DNA of 64,000 bases, taken from IMG/VR virus record IMGVR_UViG_3300020220_000041. One strand, 5' to 3'. The position numbers and the translations under genes were made by a program. Numbering within the stretch: position 1 is the first letter of the stretch; each line of letters begins with the position of its first letter. Origin of the DNA: a virus. The notes under the pieces are model-generated. The model was not told the DNA's origin, did no database searches, and was given only the letters and a program-made list of their open reading frames with translations. This document shows positions 25,026 through 34,906 of the stretch, piece after piece.

Positions 25026-25748
25026 ATGTCTGACGCCGCTCTTCGCAAGCAACTGATTCGCCTCGCCCATGCGAACCCCGAGATGCGCCCTCACATCCTC
25101 CCCCTGCTCCGCGAGGCTGGGACGGTGAAGAAGGCACACGGGCCGGTCGCCATCCAGGGGCCGCAGGTGATGCTGTACGCCATCGACGCCGAGAAGAACC
25201 AGTCGAAGTTCTACGAGATGACGGTGGTTCCGTTCGGCACCACCGTGGACCGGGCTCGTCCGACCGTGAAGAAGGACAAGGACTTCCGCCGGATGGGCAT
25301 GGGCGGCTACACGCTCGCGAAGCGGTGGGGCCGTCTCACGGACACGGGCGGCATCTCCGGCCGGTTCGACGGCATGGACGAGTTCTACGACAGCGAGGCG
25401 GCGGCTCTCGGTGCGATGCGGGCCACCAAGGCCGACAAGATGCGTGGGTCGGGTTCGGCCGCGTACAAGGATGTGTCGGACACCCGGGAGTACCCGATCG
25501 GCCTCGGGGCCGCAGGGTTCGGTTGGGGCGGCCAGGCGGCCTGTGCCTACATCCCCGAACTGGCGGAACTCCACACGGCGATCGAAGCCAACCTCAAGAA
25601 CGTCACGCGCCTCAAGGCATACGTGGCGGCCATCGCTCGACGGGACTCGTCGATGGGTAAGAAGCTCGACCTGATGCTCGAGCCGCTCATCGAGCAGATG
25701 TCGTCCATCGACACCTACCTCGAGATGCAACTCTCCGAGTGCCGGTAA
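25026..25748 (+). CDS. WGR-domain protein with N-terminal RLAHANPE motif
   Basis: N-terminus MSDAALRKQLIRLAHANPEMRPHILPLL. SKFYEMTVV...YTLAKRWGRLTDTGG matches the WGR domain. Confidence 0.5.
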   Translation: MSDAALRKQLIRLAHANPEMRPHILPLLREAGTVKKAHGPVAIQGPQVMLYAIDAEKNQSKFYEMTVVPFGTTVDRARPTVKKDKDFRRMGMGGYTLAKRWGRLTDTGGISGRFDGMDEFYDSEAAALGAMRATKADKMRGSGSAAYKDVSDTREYPIGLGAAGFGWGGQAACAYIPELAELHTAIEANLKNVTRLKAYVAAIARRDSSMGKKLDLMLEPLIEQMSSIDTYLEMQLSECR

Positions 25749-25773
25749 GCCGGAACCTCAAGGAACGAACACC

Positions 25774-28700
25774 ATGAAGTCGTCGACCAATCGAGTTGCC
25801 AGTCGGTGGATGCAAGCCGAGAACACGGACGAGCCGTCCGAGTCTGTCGGTGACGTGTCCCCCGGTGCCTTCGTGGACCTCATGGCGTTCTTCCAGGCGG
25901 TCGCGGCCTACCGTGCGCTGAAAGGAGACGAGGACCCCCAGACGCGGCGTGCGGCTCCCCTGGTTCGTCGTTTCCAGAGCGATCTGGTGGCGGGAGCGAA
26001 CCGGTACTTCGCACCCCTGACCGACGACACGGCCTTCGCCGGGTTGCGGAATGAGGTTCGGACGCTGACTCGGGGGACTCGTGGTCTCGACCACGCCTCC
26101 GAGCAAGCGGCGGCTCTCCGGAAGATTCTGTGGACCCTGCATCCGAAGCCGCAGGTGGTCCGCGAGGTGTTCTCGGACTCGCGTTCCTACACGGCGGTGA
26201 TGCGTCTGGCGGCCTTGGCCGCCACCGACTCTGCGGGAAGCCTGCTGAACAGCGTGGCGTCCCTCACCCCGGCCTCCCGGCTTCAACTGACCCGGAAGTG
26301 GATCCGTGACGCGGCGGAGGCGGCCAACGTGGCCCCCTCCAAGGTGGAGACGGTGCTGTCGGATGCGGAGAACGCTCGCCACCTGGGTGAGGATCTCCAC
26401 ACGGTCGAAGTCCAGTTGGCGACTGCGGACCCGGTGTCCCAGCGTGCCGCCGACCTCCAGGTCGAGAAGCAAGCCATCATCGACCAGATCGAGAAGGTGG
26501 TCGCGGACAGCCCCTCTCCGGCGGTGGTGTTGTCGGCGGCGGCCTCGGCTACGACACAGCCCCAGGACTACGCCACGGCCACGGCGAAGCGGTCCAGGCT
26601 CTCGCCAGACCAAGAGCGGGCGATGATGGCCCGTGGGAAGGCGATCATCGCGGCGGGTGCGGGTTCTGGAAAGACCGCAACCCTGGCCTCGAAGGTGGCC
26701 TACCACGTCAACGAACTTGGCGTCCCTCCTGGAGCGGTCATCGCGACCTCGTTCTCCCGGAAGTCGGCCGCTGAGCTTCGGCGGCGGATTGCCAAGTACG
26801 GGGCCGACATCCCGGACTCGGCGAGCACAGGGTTCGGCACCACTCACTCGGTCGCGGGCAAGCTCCTCCGGGAGTATGGCGGCGGTGGCCGGAATGGGAT
26901 GAAGAGCTACCAGCAGACCGACCTGGTTCGGTTGGCGATGGAGCAGGTCCAGATGGTCGGACCTGGTGTCGCGCCTCCGCCTCCCACGAGTCTGTTCGAC
27001 GTGTCCTCGGACGCCCCGGTCGGCATCAAGTTCCGCGATGCCATCCAGATGGCCTTCGATCGCCGCCACAAGCTCGACCCCTGGTCGAAGGGGTTCATCG
27101 AGTCGTTCTACAACCCGAGCGACCAGTGGTACGCCCGGACGATGCGGGCCACGGGGAACCTGACGAATCCGCATGGGCTGTCCGACAAGCAGCGTGAGAT
27201 CGTCAAGAAGGTCTTCGGGCGGTTGGGCATCAACTACTCGCCGACCACGGACCCCGGCCTGGCTCCCGCGCAGACCCAGCCCGCTCCTCGAGTGGCGGCC
27301 AAGGACAAGAACAAGGGGCTCCGCGAGAAGTACAAGTTCTTCTCCCAGCCCGCGAACGAGTGGTTCAACCTCGGCCTCGAACTGGTCGAGGAGGACGGTC
27401 AGGGCAACAAAAAGCCCATCCCGACCGGGTTCTTCAAGAACGCCATCTCCAAGTTCAAGGGTCGGGCGGTGTCGCCCTCCGAGGCTTGGGCGCTCTCCAA
27501 CGGGTCCCCCGAGGCGGCGGTGTACGCGGCCTATGAGTGGCTGAAGGGGTCGAAGGGCGAGACGGACTTCCAGGGTCTCGGCGACTTCGACGACGTGCTC
27601 CTCGACGTGTCGAAGATGCTCCTGTCGTCTCCTCGGGTGAGGCAGCAGGTCCAGTCGCGGTTCAAGGTGGCCCTCGTGGACGAGGCCCAGGATCTCAACC
27701 GGGCACAGCACCTCATGTTCGGCCTCATCACCGGGTTCGTGGACCCGGCGAAGGTGCCCAACATCGCCACCGCGAAAAAGATGGGCGAACTCGCCAAGGA
27801 TGACGGCTCGATGACGGCCGACACCTACTGCTTCATCGGCGACGACAAGCAGTGCGTGGAAGCCAATTCCTTGGTTGAGACTCAGAATGGGCCTCGACGT
27901 GTCGGAGACCTCGCTCCTGGCGATGAGGTACTTGCCTACCGCAATGGGAAGGTGCTTCTGCAGGCTGTACGCCATGTCGTCCCCTCGTCCTGGACATGGG
28001 GCTACAAAGTCACGATGGAGTCTGGGCAAACGCTGACGATGAGCCCCAACCACAAGCTCTGGGCAACCGAGCCTCAGACCGAAGATGGTCAGGTGGCCGT
28101 GTACCTGATGTATCGAAAGGACATGGGGTTCCGCGTTGGGATCACCAACAAGGGCAAGGTGGGCTCCGAGGAGGACTACCTGAACTCTTACGGGGGTCGA
28201 GTCTTCCTGGAGAAGGCCGAACGTCTGTGGGTTCTGGACATCTGCTCTAGCCGGGAGGAGGCTCTGCTGACAGAGACGGATCTCTCCCTGACCTACGGTA
28301 TCCCCACCACAGTGTTCAACGGGGAACACCGTGATCTCAATCAGGATCGGATCAACACCATCTTCCAGAAGCATGGGAAGAATGGAGGCCGCCTGTTGGA
28401 GGAGCGAAACCTCTCTTTTGATCTGCCCCATTGGATGAGCCAGAGCTACACAAAGCATGGCCGGGACCGGCACACTCTTCAGTTCTTGGCCCACAGCACG
28501 AAGGGCTCTCAGGTCGCGATGGAGTGGGTGGGTGACAAGTTCGACAAGGTGTTGCAGGATGTGAGCTTCAACATCACGGGTGAGCGCCGTCGGCTACGGC
28601 GGTGGTTCGGAAACTACCGTGAGGGCCTCGCTCATGCCGAGGAGGTGGCTCGTCGCACGGGTGCCAATCTGTCCTACCGGATGGCTACCCCCGAAGGAAC

Positions 28701-30306
28701 ATTGCGGGAAACGACCGCATCCGGGTTGTTCGTCGGAATGTCCATTCCCGTGCTCGATCAAGAGAACGAAACGATCGCTCTCGATCGAGTTGCCTGCATT
28801 GAACGGGTGGACGGCAGCTTCATCGATCTCGATGTGTTGGATGCCAGCAACTTCTTCGCCAACGGCATCCTGACTTCCAACAGCATCTACGAGTTCCGTG
28901 CGGCGGACCCCGAGGCGTTCATCGACATGAGCGAACTCGTGGCGGGTGGGGCCGGGTTCAAGACCGAGGTGCTGAAGACCAACTACCGGTCGGGGCAGTT
29001 GATCGTGGAGGCGGCCAACCGGCTCATCTCCTACAACACCAAGCAGATCCCGATGACCTGTGCCGCGAACCCACAGCGCGTGGACCGGGGTGGCATCGAG
29101 GCGGTCAACTTCGCTCCGGTCGAAGGTCGGGACATGAGTGCCCCGGCCGAGTGGCTCGCCACCTCCATCGCCGAGACGATGGAGGAAGGACGTGCGGGGG
29201 CCAAGGGCTACGACGCCTTCGGGGTGGGGCTGCGGTCCAACGCCGAGGCATACACCTACGGCATCGAGCTTCTGAAGAAGGGCATCCCGTTCCGCTCCAA
29301 GGCCAACTTCTTCGGCGACCCGACCACCAAGGCGCTGTTGCACTGGCTCACCATCGCCGATGAGGGTGTTGGTGGGAGTGTGGACCGGGTCAACGAGGCG
29401 GTACTGGGTGCCCGCAAGGCTCCAGCGTCGAAGCTCGGGGACAAGTTCGAGGAGATCCTGACCCAGCGGGCCACCGGGAACTACCTGACCTGGCTTCAGG
29501 ACAACTGGACCGAGGTGTACGGCTCTCGGGGCGACTGGGCGATGCTGGTTCGGTCCTTCGTGGACAACCTGCTGGCGGTCGCCGGGATGAAGGGCGGAGC
29601 CTCCGAACAGGTGCTCGAGACGATCCTCGACCTCACGGGGCACGACGGTCGGTCGGTCCGCCAGGTGCTCGTCGACCGGGTGTCCGAGGATGAGGAGGCC
29701 ATCGCCGAGCTTCGGGCCGAGTCCCCCACGGGCACAGTCACGGACGAGGAGATCGAGTCGATGGCGTTCGCGCCCATCGCTCCTCTGAAGGGTCTGTTGG
29801 GTGCTCGGGCGGACCTCAGCGAGGCGATGAAGTACGTCCGGCAGCTTCAGTCCGCGAACGAGAAGCTGGCTGCGGACGACGACCCCGACAACAAGAAGGC
29901 TCGTGAGCCCGCCGTCACGCTGGGCACGATGCACTCCTGGAAGGGCCTCGAAGTCGAGAACATGTACATCCCCTTCGTCGGCGGCCGGTTCCCCCGGTTC
30001 GATGCGGACGAGGAGGATCTGGCCTCCGAGCGTCGTCTCGCCTACGTGGCGGTGACTCGCGGTGAGAACCGGGTCGTGGTGATGAACATCCCGACGGTGC
30101 GTCGGACGAAGCAGGGAGCCGTCACCCAGACGAGCCAGTTCGTCGGCGAACTGTGCATCCCTCCGGCGGTGGACAGTCCATTCAGCGCGGGAGATGAGGA
30201 CGCCGAGCAGGAAGTGCTGCGGCTCGAGGAGCGGATGAACCGAACCGCGTCCTACCTCTCGGACGAAGCCATCTCGGCCTACCTCTCGGGCCAAAAGGGG
30301 CGGTGA
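25774..30306 (+). CDS. UvrD/PcrA-like superfamily 1 helicase with ~280-aa N-terminal extension, interrupted by an intein
   Basis: Motif I AIIAAGAGSGKTATL, motif II ALVDEAQDLN, and motif III split as GDDKQ|C...N|SIYEFRAAD. Total 1510 aa. Confidence 0.7.
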   Translation: MKSSTNRVASRWMQAENTDEPSESVGDVSPGAFVDLMAFFQAVAAYRALKGDEDPQTRRAAPLVRRFQSDLVAGANRYFAPLTDDTAFAGLRNEVRTLTRGTRGLDHASEQAAALRKILWTLHPKPQVVREVFSDSRSYTAVMRLAALAATDSAGSLLNSVASLTPASRLQLTRKWIRDAAEAANVAPSKVETVLSDAENARHLGEDLHTVEVQLATADPVSQRAADLQVEKQAIIDQIEKVVADSPSPAVVLSAAASATTQPQDYATATAKRSRLSPDQERAMMARGKAIIAAGAGSGKTATLASKVAYHVNELGVPPGAVIATSFSRKSAAELRRRIAKYGADIPDSASTGFGTTHSVAGKLLREYGGGGRNGMKSYQQTDLVRLAMEQVQMVGPGVAPPPPTSLFDVSSDAPVGIKFRDAIQMAFDRRHKLDPWSKGFIESFYNPSDQWYARTMRATGNLTNPHGLSDKQREIVKKVFGRLGINYSPTTDPGLAPAQTQPAPRVAAKDKNKGLREKYKFFSQPANEWFNLGLELVEEDGQGNKKPIPTGFFKNAISKFKGRAVSPSEAWALSNGSPEAAVYAAYEWLKGSKGETDFQGLGDFDDVLLDVSKMLLSSPRVRQQVQSRFKVALVDEAQDLNRAQHLMFGLITGFVDPAKVPNIATAKKMGELAKDDGSMTADTYCFIGDDKQCVEANSLVETQNGPRRVGDLAPGDEVLAYRNGKVLLQAVRHVVPSSWTWGYKVTMESGQTLTMSPNHKLWATEPQTEDGQVAVYLMYRKDMGFRVGITNKGKVGSEEDYLNSYGGRVFLEKAERLWVLDICSSREEALLTETDLSLTYGIPTTVFNGEHRDLNQDRINTIFQKHGKNGGRLLEERNLSFDLPHWMSQSYTKHGRDRHTLQFLAHSTKGSQVAMEWVGDKFDKVLQDVSFNITGERRRLRRWFGNYREGLAHAEEVARRTGANLSYRMATPEGTLRETTASGLFVGMSIPVLDQENETIALDRVACIERVDGSFIDLDVLDASNFFANGILTSNSIYEFRAADPEAFIDMSELVAGGAGFKTEVLKTNYRSGQLIVEAANRLISYNTKQIPMTCAANPQRVDRGGIEAVNFAPVEGRDMSAPAEWLATSIAETMEEGRAGAKGYDAFGVGLRSNAEAYTYGIELLKKGIPFRSKANFFGDPTTKALLHWLTIADEGVGGSVDRVNEAVLGARKAPASKLGDKFEEILTQRATGNYLTWLQDNWTEVYGSRGDWAMLVRSFVDNLLAVAGMKGGASEQVLETILDLTGHDGRSVRQVLVDRVSEDEEAIAELRAESPTGTVTDEEIESMAFAPIAPLKGLLGARADLSEAMKYVRQLQSANEKLAADDDPDNKKAREPAVTLGTMHSWKGLEVENMYIPFVGGRFPRFDADEEDLASERRLAYVAVTRGENRVVVMNIPTVRRTKQGAVTQTSQFVGELCIPPAVDSPFSAGDEDAEQEVLRLEERMNRTASYLSDEAISAYLSGQKGR
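27853..28881 (+). other. Intein (343 aa: Cys1 ... terminal Asn, +1 Ser) inside UvrD motif III
   Basis: The host motif GDDxQSIYxFRGA is broken between Q and S. The insert starts CVEANS and ends ANGILTSN. Its size allows an endonuclease domain. Confidence 0.6.
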
Positions 30307-31130
30307 TGCCAACCTACGTTCAACTCACCCGCGAAGAGTTCGAGGACTGGCTCAACGGCCTGGCCCATCGTTGGCGGCTGAAGCCGGGCACGGTGGGCAT
30401 CTACGAAGTCCCGATGTCGGAGACGGTGTCGGTCGAAATCTCGTCCTCGATGACGGGACGCGATGACGTGATGAACCGTGCTCAAGCGTCGATGGGCTGT
30501 CGGCTCGTCAGCATGATCACGGGGTTCACGCTCAACAAGAAGGCGCAGGAACAGTCCCACGTCAAGCGGACGATCAACTGGCGGGACAACCTGAAGAAGG
30601 TCTACCAGCGGATGGTGGACGCCTACGAGAAGTCCTCGGCCTTCTACGACGCTCTCGCCGAGATCCGCGACCGTGACGCCTACAAGCGGGATTGGATGGA
30701 GCGCATCGAGGAGGTCCCGGGTTGGCAGTCCAACACGTTCCTCTCCGACATGCACTCGCGGCTGGCCGACAACGGCATCATGACTCTCCGTCAGCGAGAT
30801 GCGGTGGAGAGGGCTTTGAGCCGCCCCCAGGCTGCCCCCGCACCCGCCCCGGCTCCCACACCTCCGTCGTCGGGAGTAGACTCGGTGCTTCTGGCCCAAG
30901 TCCGCGCCCTGTACGTGGTGGCGAAGGGCCGTGGGAATCAGTGGGCGATGGACTTCGCGAAGTCCGTCGGCGAGTTGATCAAGGCGGGCCGGAGCCTCTC
31001 GAGCAAGCAGCGGGACGTGCTCGACCGCCTGCTGAACGAGAACCGTGGGGAAGTGGAACGGTACGTGGACACCCACCCGCAGGTCGCACGGATCGCCTCT
31101 CGTCACCTGGCGCAGTTGGGAGTTCTGTGA
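30303..31130 (+). CDS. Hypothetical protein
   Basis: 275-aa ORF. Its stop overlaps the next start as TGATG. Confidence 0.5.
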   Translation: MMPTYVQLTREEFEDWLNGLAHRWRLKPGTVGIYEVPMSETVSVEISSSMTGRDDVMNRAQASMGCRLVSMITGFTLNKKAQEQSHVKRTINWRDNLKKVYQRMVDAYEKSSAFYDALAEIRDRDAYKRDWMERIEEVPGWQSNTFLSDMHSRLADNGIMTLRQRDAVERALSRPQAAPAPAPAPTPPSSGVDSVLLAQVRALYVVAKGRGNQWAMDFAKSVGELIKAGRSLSSKQRDVLDRLLNENRGEVERYVDTHPQVARIASRHLAQLGVL

Positions 31131-34100
31131 TGACGACCTCCGCTTCACGAAATCGCATGGTTCGGCGGATCGCTGACACCTACCTGGGTTCCATCCGGGT
31201 CGCTGAGGAGGAGGCTCCATTCGAGGACGACTCGGCCGACGAGCCGCTCCCTACTCGACCCATGTTCTCGTCGAGTGCCCGCCAGAAGTTGTTCCGAGCC
31301 TTTGGTCCCAGAGGCATCGCGTTCTTCGATCTCTACGACGCCCTCCGCCAGGTCGCCGTAGGGGGTCTGCCTCCGGAGAGTGGCTTCGTCCATGAGTTCC
31401 GGGCGTTGTCTCGCATCGTGGCTCGGTTCCTCACAACGGAGCCGACCAAGGGCAAGCTCGCGGATATCGCCTCCAGGCTACGCCCGTTGTTCGACCGCAT
31501 CGACAGCGGAAGGGCCAGTCGCGCCGTGTTCCGCACAGCGGCAGGTCTGTACGCGACTCTCGTACAGGAGGTGGCTTCCGACCGCGACGTCCACCTCGCA
31601 CCGATGTCCGGCGGTGCTCCGGGCTGGGTGGCGTTCAAGCTCATGTCCGCCCGCGAGGAGAAACTCGACGAGTTGATGCGGAACGACCCCGAGGCGTTCA
31701 ACGTCATCCAGCGGTCGAGGTCGATCGTCCGACAGATCGATCGGTCCATCGAGAAGGAAATCTCCGATGGCGGCCTCATCCCCAGCAAGAAGGAGATCCT
31801 CGGCCGTCCTGTGCAGACGGGGAAGGATCCTGTATCGGGCGACGAGTACGTGTTCGACACCGACGGAGAGATGCTCTCCATCCCCTCCTTCATCGAGAAG
31901 CGTCGCAAGGCTCTCGAATCCCAGGAAGCGGCCCGCCGAGTATTCCCCCGCAACGTGGCGGACTTGAGGTCGCTGAACGACGAGGAACTGGACGCCTTCA
32001 CGGTGGGGAGCATGGAGTACGTCGCTCTCACCGACGACAAGGCCAAGTCAGGTGGGCTCACGCGCATCTACCCGGCGAAGCGCACCGTGGACGGCGACCT
32101 GGTGGTTGTCGATGGTCGGTTCAAGGGCATCTACATCGACGACCTCGTGAACCGTGCGGGTCGGATGATCGAAGGTGTGGCCTTCGACGTCGATCCGAAG
32201 AACGGCGTGCCTGTCCCGATGGAGACACGAAACCCGGATGGCACCCCCAACGTTCGCTCGAGCCGCGAGCCTTACGTCACGGTCGGCACCAAGGGGTCGC
32301 TCTACCTTCGCATCCCAAGCGGACACGGGTTCACGGCGGCCCGCAACGCCCTGACGGCTCTTTCCAAGAGCATCCCGTCCCTTCAATACGTGGAGGGGTC
32401 GCGGAAGTCGGCCTTCACGTTTGAGCCGAAGGACTTCGCCACGGTTCGCGAGGCTCTGGGTGGGCTTGCGCTCTCCACGGCAGCCACGAAGCTGCTCCGG
32501 GACTTCTTCTCGGGCCTCGCCAAGCACGAACTCGCCATCTCCAGCGAGAACCTGCAACTCTTCGACACCGACCGTATCGGCGGCTTCAAGCCGGGGCGTC
32601 GCCTCTACAACAAGCAGAAGGAGGCGATGGCCTGGCTTGAGTCCCGTGGGCACTCGGGCGTCGTCGCCCTTGACACCGGCCTGGGCAAGACCGCGACCAC
32701 CATCGCCTCGATGCAGAAGATCATCCGGGATGGGCTCATCGAGGAGAACCAGCAGTTCCTCTACGTGTGCCCCAAGGCGTTGAAGGGGAATCTCCCGAAG
32801 GAAATCGTCGCGTTCGTCGAGGATCCCGAGACGCTCCTCTCGCGCGTGAAGGTGATGACCTACCAGGAGTTCACTCGAGCCGTCAAAGACGACCCGAACT
32901 TCGCGGACCGCTACGCGGCTGTGTTCTTCGACGAGGCCCAGGCGCTCAAGAACTCGAAGTCCGGTCCAGGTCGGGCTGCGATGGCCCTCCGACACCCGAA
33001 GAAGGTGCTGTTCACGGCGAGCCCCATGGAGAAGTCTCCCATGGAGGTCTTCAACCTCGTCGCCATCACCAACAACATCGACCTGAACACGCGCGAGGGT
33101 GCAGCACAGGCTCGAGCCTTCCGTCGGCGGTTCGCCGAAGAGGTGGGTGGGAAGATCATCGGGATCAAGAACGACCCCGTCACGGCTCGGGATTTCCGCG
33201 TCTGGGTGAAGCGGAACCTCTACTTCGCCGACAAGCGGGACGTGGAGGAGGTCGTTCTCCCGCAACTCCGGTCCCAGACCGTGGCCATCACGATGGACCC
33301 CGAAGTCGAGGCTCGCTACCGCGAGGTGGCCAAGAGCGTCGAAGGGGTGCTCGCTGGGATGGTGGCGAAGTACCGCGACCGTGACCCATCCGCGAAGGAT
33401 CCAGCCATCGAAGCGGCTCGGGTGCGTCTGCGGAAGGAGTTCGGAATCCTGTTTGAACTGGCCAATGCCCCGCAGAAGGCCGTCCCAGGGGCCTCGAACC
33501 CGAAGATGACCCACCTCGTTGACATCCTCGACGAGCGGGTGGGCGCGAATAGACGGACCCTGGTATTCACGGACAGTCCGGACCTTGCGGGCGAAACCGC
33601 AGAGATCCTCTCGACCCGATTCCCCGGGCATAGCGTGGCCGAGTGTCTCGCGCAGTCCATCCGGGAATGGAAGGGCGGCCGGGTGGTCCAGGTCTACAGG
33701 GAGGCCAAGTACACGGATGGCAAGCGGACCTGGCCCAAGAGCGACTGGAAGGTCTACGTCCTCGACCGGATCGTGAGCCCCGATCCCGACTACATCGCCT
33801 GTGTCCTCACATCGACATACGCCGTGGGTCAGAACCTCCAGCAGTTCGACACGGTCGTCCACCTCGACCGCGATGCGTGGAACAACGAGGTGATGAAGCA
33901 GCGCACGGCCCGAGCGTGGCGGAGCGGGCAGCAGCACTCAGTCGAGGAGTACGTGCTCGACGCCGTGTACTCTGACCCGGCCAATGACCGGGACGAGACG
34001 CTCGACCAGATCGTCGCCCACCTCCAGCGGCTCGAGTCCGAGTTGTTCGACCAGGTCATCATCGAGAGCCAGTCGGAAGCCCTCGGGAAGGAGTGGTTCG

Positions 34101-34222
34101 GGATGAAGCGACTCCACTCCTCCTTCGTCGAGTTGAGTCGGCGAATGCTCGAACTCTCGATGTCCCCTTACGCGCAACGTCTTGGGCTCCATGAGGTTCA
34201 GGAAATGGCCCAGAAAGCGTAG
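31130..34222 (+). CDS. SNF2/RAD54-family helicase with long N-terminal region
   Basis: ALDTGLGKTATTIA (motif I), FFDEAQALKN (DEAH box) and YAVGQNLQQFDTVVHLDRDAWNNEVMKQRTARAWRSGQ (motif VI). Confidence 0.7.
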   Translation: MTTSASRNRMVRRIADTYLGSIRVAEEEAPFEDDSADEPLPTRPMFSSSARQKLFRAFGPRGIAFFDLYDALRQVAVGGLPPESGFVHEFRALSRIVARFLTTEPTKGKLADIASRLRPLFDRIDSGRASRAVFRTAAGLYATLVQEVASDRDVHLAPMSGGAPGWVAFKLMSAREEKLDELMRNDPEAFNVIQRSRSIVRQIDRSIEKEISDGGLIPSKKEILGRPVQTGKDPVSGDEYVFDTDGEMLSIPSFIEKRRKALESQEAARRVFPRNVADLRSLNDEELDAFTVGSMEYVALTDDKAKSGGLTRIYPAKRTVDGDLVVVDGRFKGIYIDDLVNRAGRMIEGVAFDVDPKNGVPVPMETRNPDGTPNVRSSREPYVTVGTKGSLYLRIPSGHGFTAARNALTALSKSIPSLQYVEGSRKSAFTFEPKDFATVREALGGLALSTAATKLLRDFFSGLAKHELAISSENLQLFDTDRIGGFKPGRRLYNKQKEAMAWLESRGHSGVVALDTGLGKTATTIASMQKIIRDGLIEENQQFLYVCPKALKGNLPKEIVAFVEDPETLLSRVKVMTYQEFTRAVKDDPNFADRYAAVFFDEAQALKNSKSGPGRAAMALRHPKKVLFTASPMEKSPMEVFNLVAITNNIDLNTREGAAQARAFRRRFAEEVGGKIIGIKNDPVTARDFRVWVKRNLYFADKRDVEEVVLPQLRSQTVAITMDPEVEARYREVAKSVEGVLAGMVAKYRDRDPSAKDPAIEAARVRLRKEFGILFELANAPQKAVPGASNPKMTHLVDILDERVGANRRTLVFTDSPDLAGETAEILSTRFPGHSVAECLAQSIREWKGGRVVQVYREAKYTDGKRTWPKSDWKVYVLDRIVSPDPDYIACVLTSTYAVGQNLQQFDTVVHLDRDAWNNEVMKQRTARAWRSGQQHSVEEYVLDAVYSDPANDRDETLDQIVAHLQRLESELFDQVIIESQSEALGKEWFGMKRLHSSFVELSRRMLELSMSPYAQRLGLHEVQEMAQKA

Positions 34223-34241
34223 TATAGGTGAGGAGTAGACC

Positions 34242-34538
34242 ATGGACACTGCATCACCTGAAGGACCGAAGACACTCACCGAGTGGCGAACCTACGTGGC
34301 TGGGCTTGGCGGCCCAGACCTCATGTCGAAAGCGAGGGCCGCGAACAGCATCGCGTTCGTCCGTGCCCTGGAAGCAGACGGGCTGTCACCCGATGACATC
34401 ACCGACGTGCTCCTGGCTTTCGCCCAACGGCTCGTCGAAGACGGACAAGAGCCCCCGACGAGGCACGCGGGCTTCTACATCGACTACCAGCGGTTGCTCA
34501 ATCCCCGCCGGATCGTCGCCGAGATCGTGCCGGACTAA
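34242..34538 (+). CDS. Hypothetical protein
   Basis: 98-aa ORF. Confidence 0.45.
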   Translation: MDTASPEGPKTLTEWRTYVAGLGGPDLMSKARAANSIAFVRALEADGLSPDDITDVLLAFAQRLVEDGQEPPTRHAGFYIDYQRLLNPRRIVAEIVPD

Positions 34539-34855
34539 CGAGCCACGAAGGGCCGCTTGATGCCCTTCGTGAACCACTCCGAGTCCGTGGGCCACGCCTC
34601 GATGCCGAGGGCTTCGCGAAGCATCACGGCAACGCACGAGGCGTCGATCTCGTTGAGGCCCATCTTCTCCATCACGTAGGAGAAGTGGAGCCCGCCGTCG
34701 AGGGACACGACCATCGCCCGGAGCTTGTCCGAGAAGGGTCCGACCACGATGAACCCTCCCCCACTGGAACCGAAGATGGGGGTCTCGACCCTGGTGACCA
34801 GGAGTTCGTAGCGGGTTCCGTTCCCGGGTTCCCAGAGCAGACGAGTGGATTCCAT
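34535..34855 (-). CDS. Hypothetical protein
   Basis: 106 aa. Preceded by the promoter-like motif. Confidence 0.5.
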   Translation of the reverse strand: MESTRLLWEPGNGTRYELLVTRVETPIFGSSGGGFIVVGPFSDKLRAMVVSLDGGLHFSYVMEKMGLNEIDASCVAVMLREALGIEAWPTDSEWFTKGIKRPFVAR

Positions 34856-34871
34856 GTGGGGGTCCTCCTGT

Positions 34872-34906
34872 TCTGACTACGCCGACGCCAGGGGATTCTG
34901 AACCTC
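34872..34906 (-). promoter_or_regulatory. Conserved promoter-like motif: AGGTTCAGA-N14-GCGTAGTCAGAACAGGAGG
   Basis: Full copy. Confidence 0.5.
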
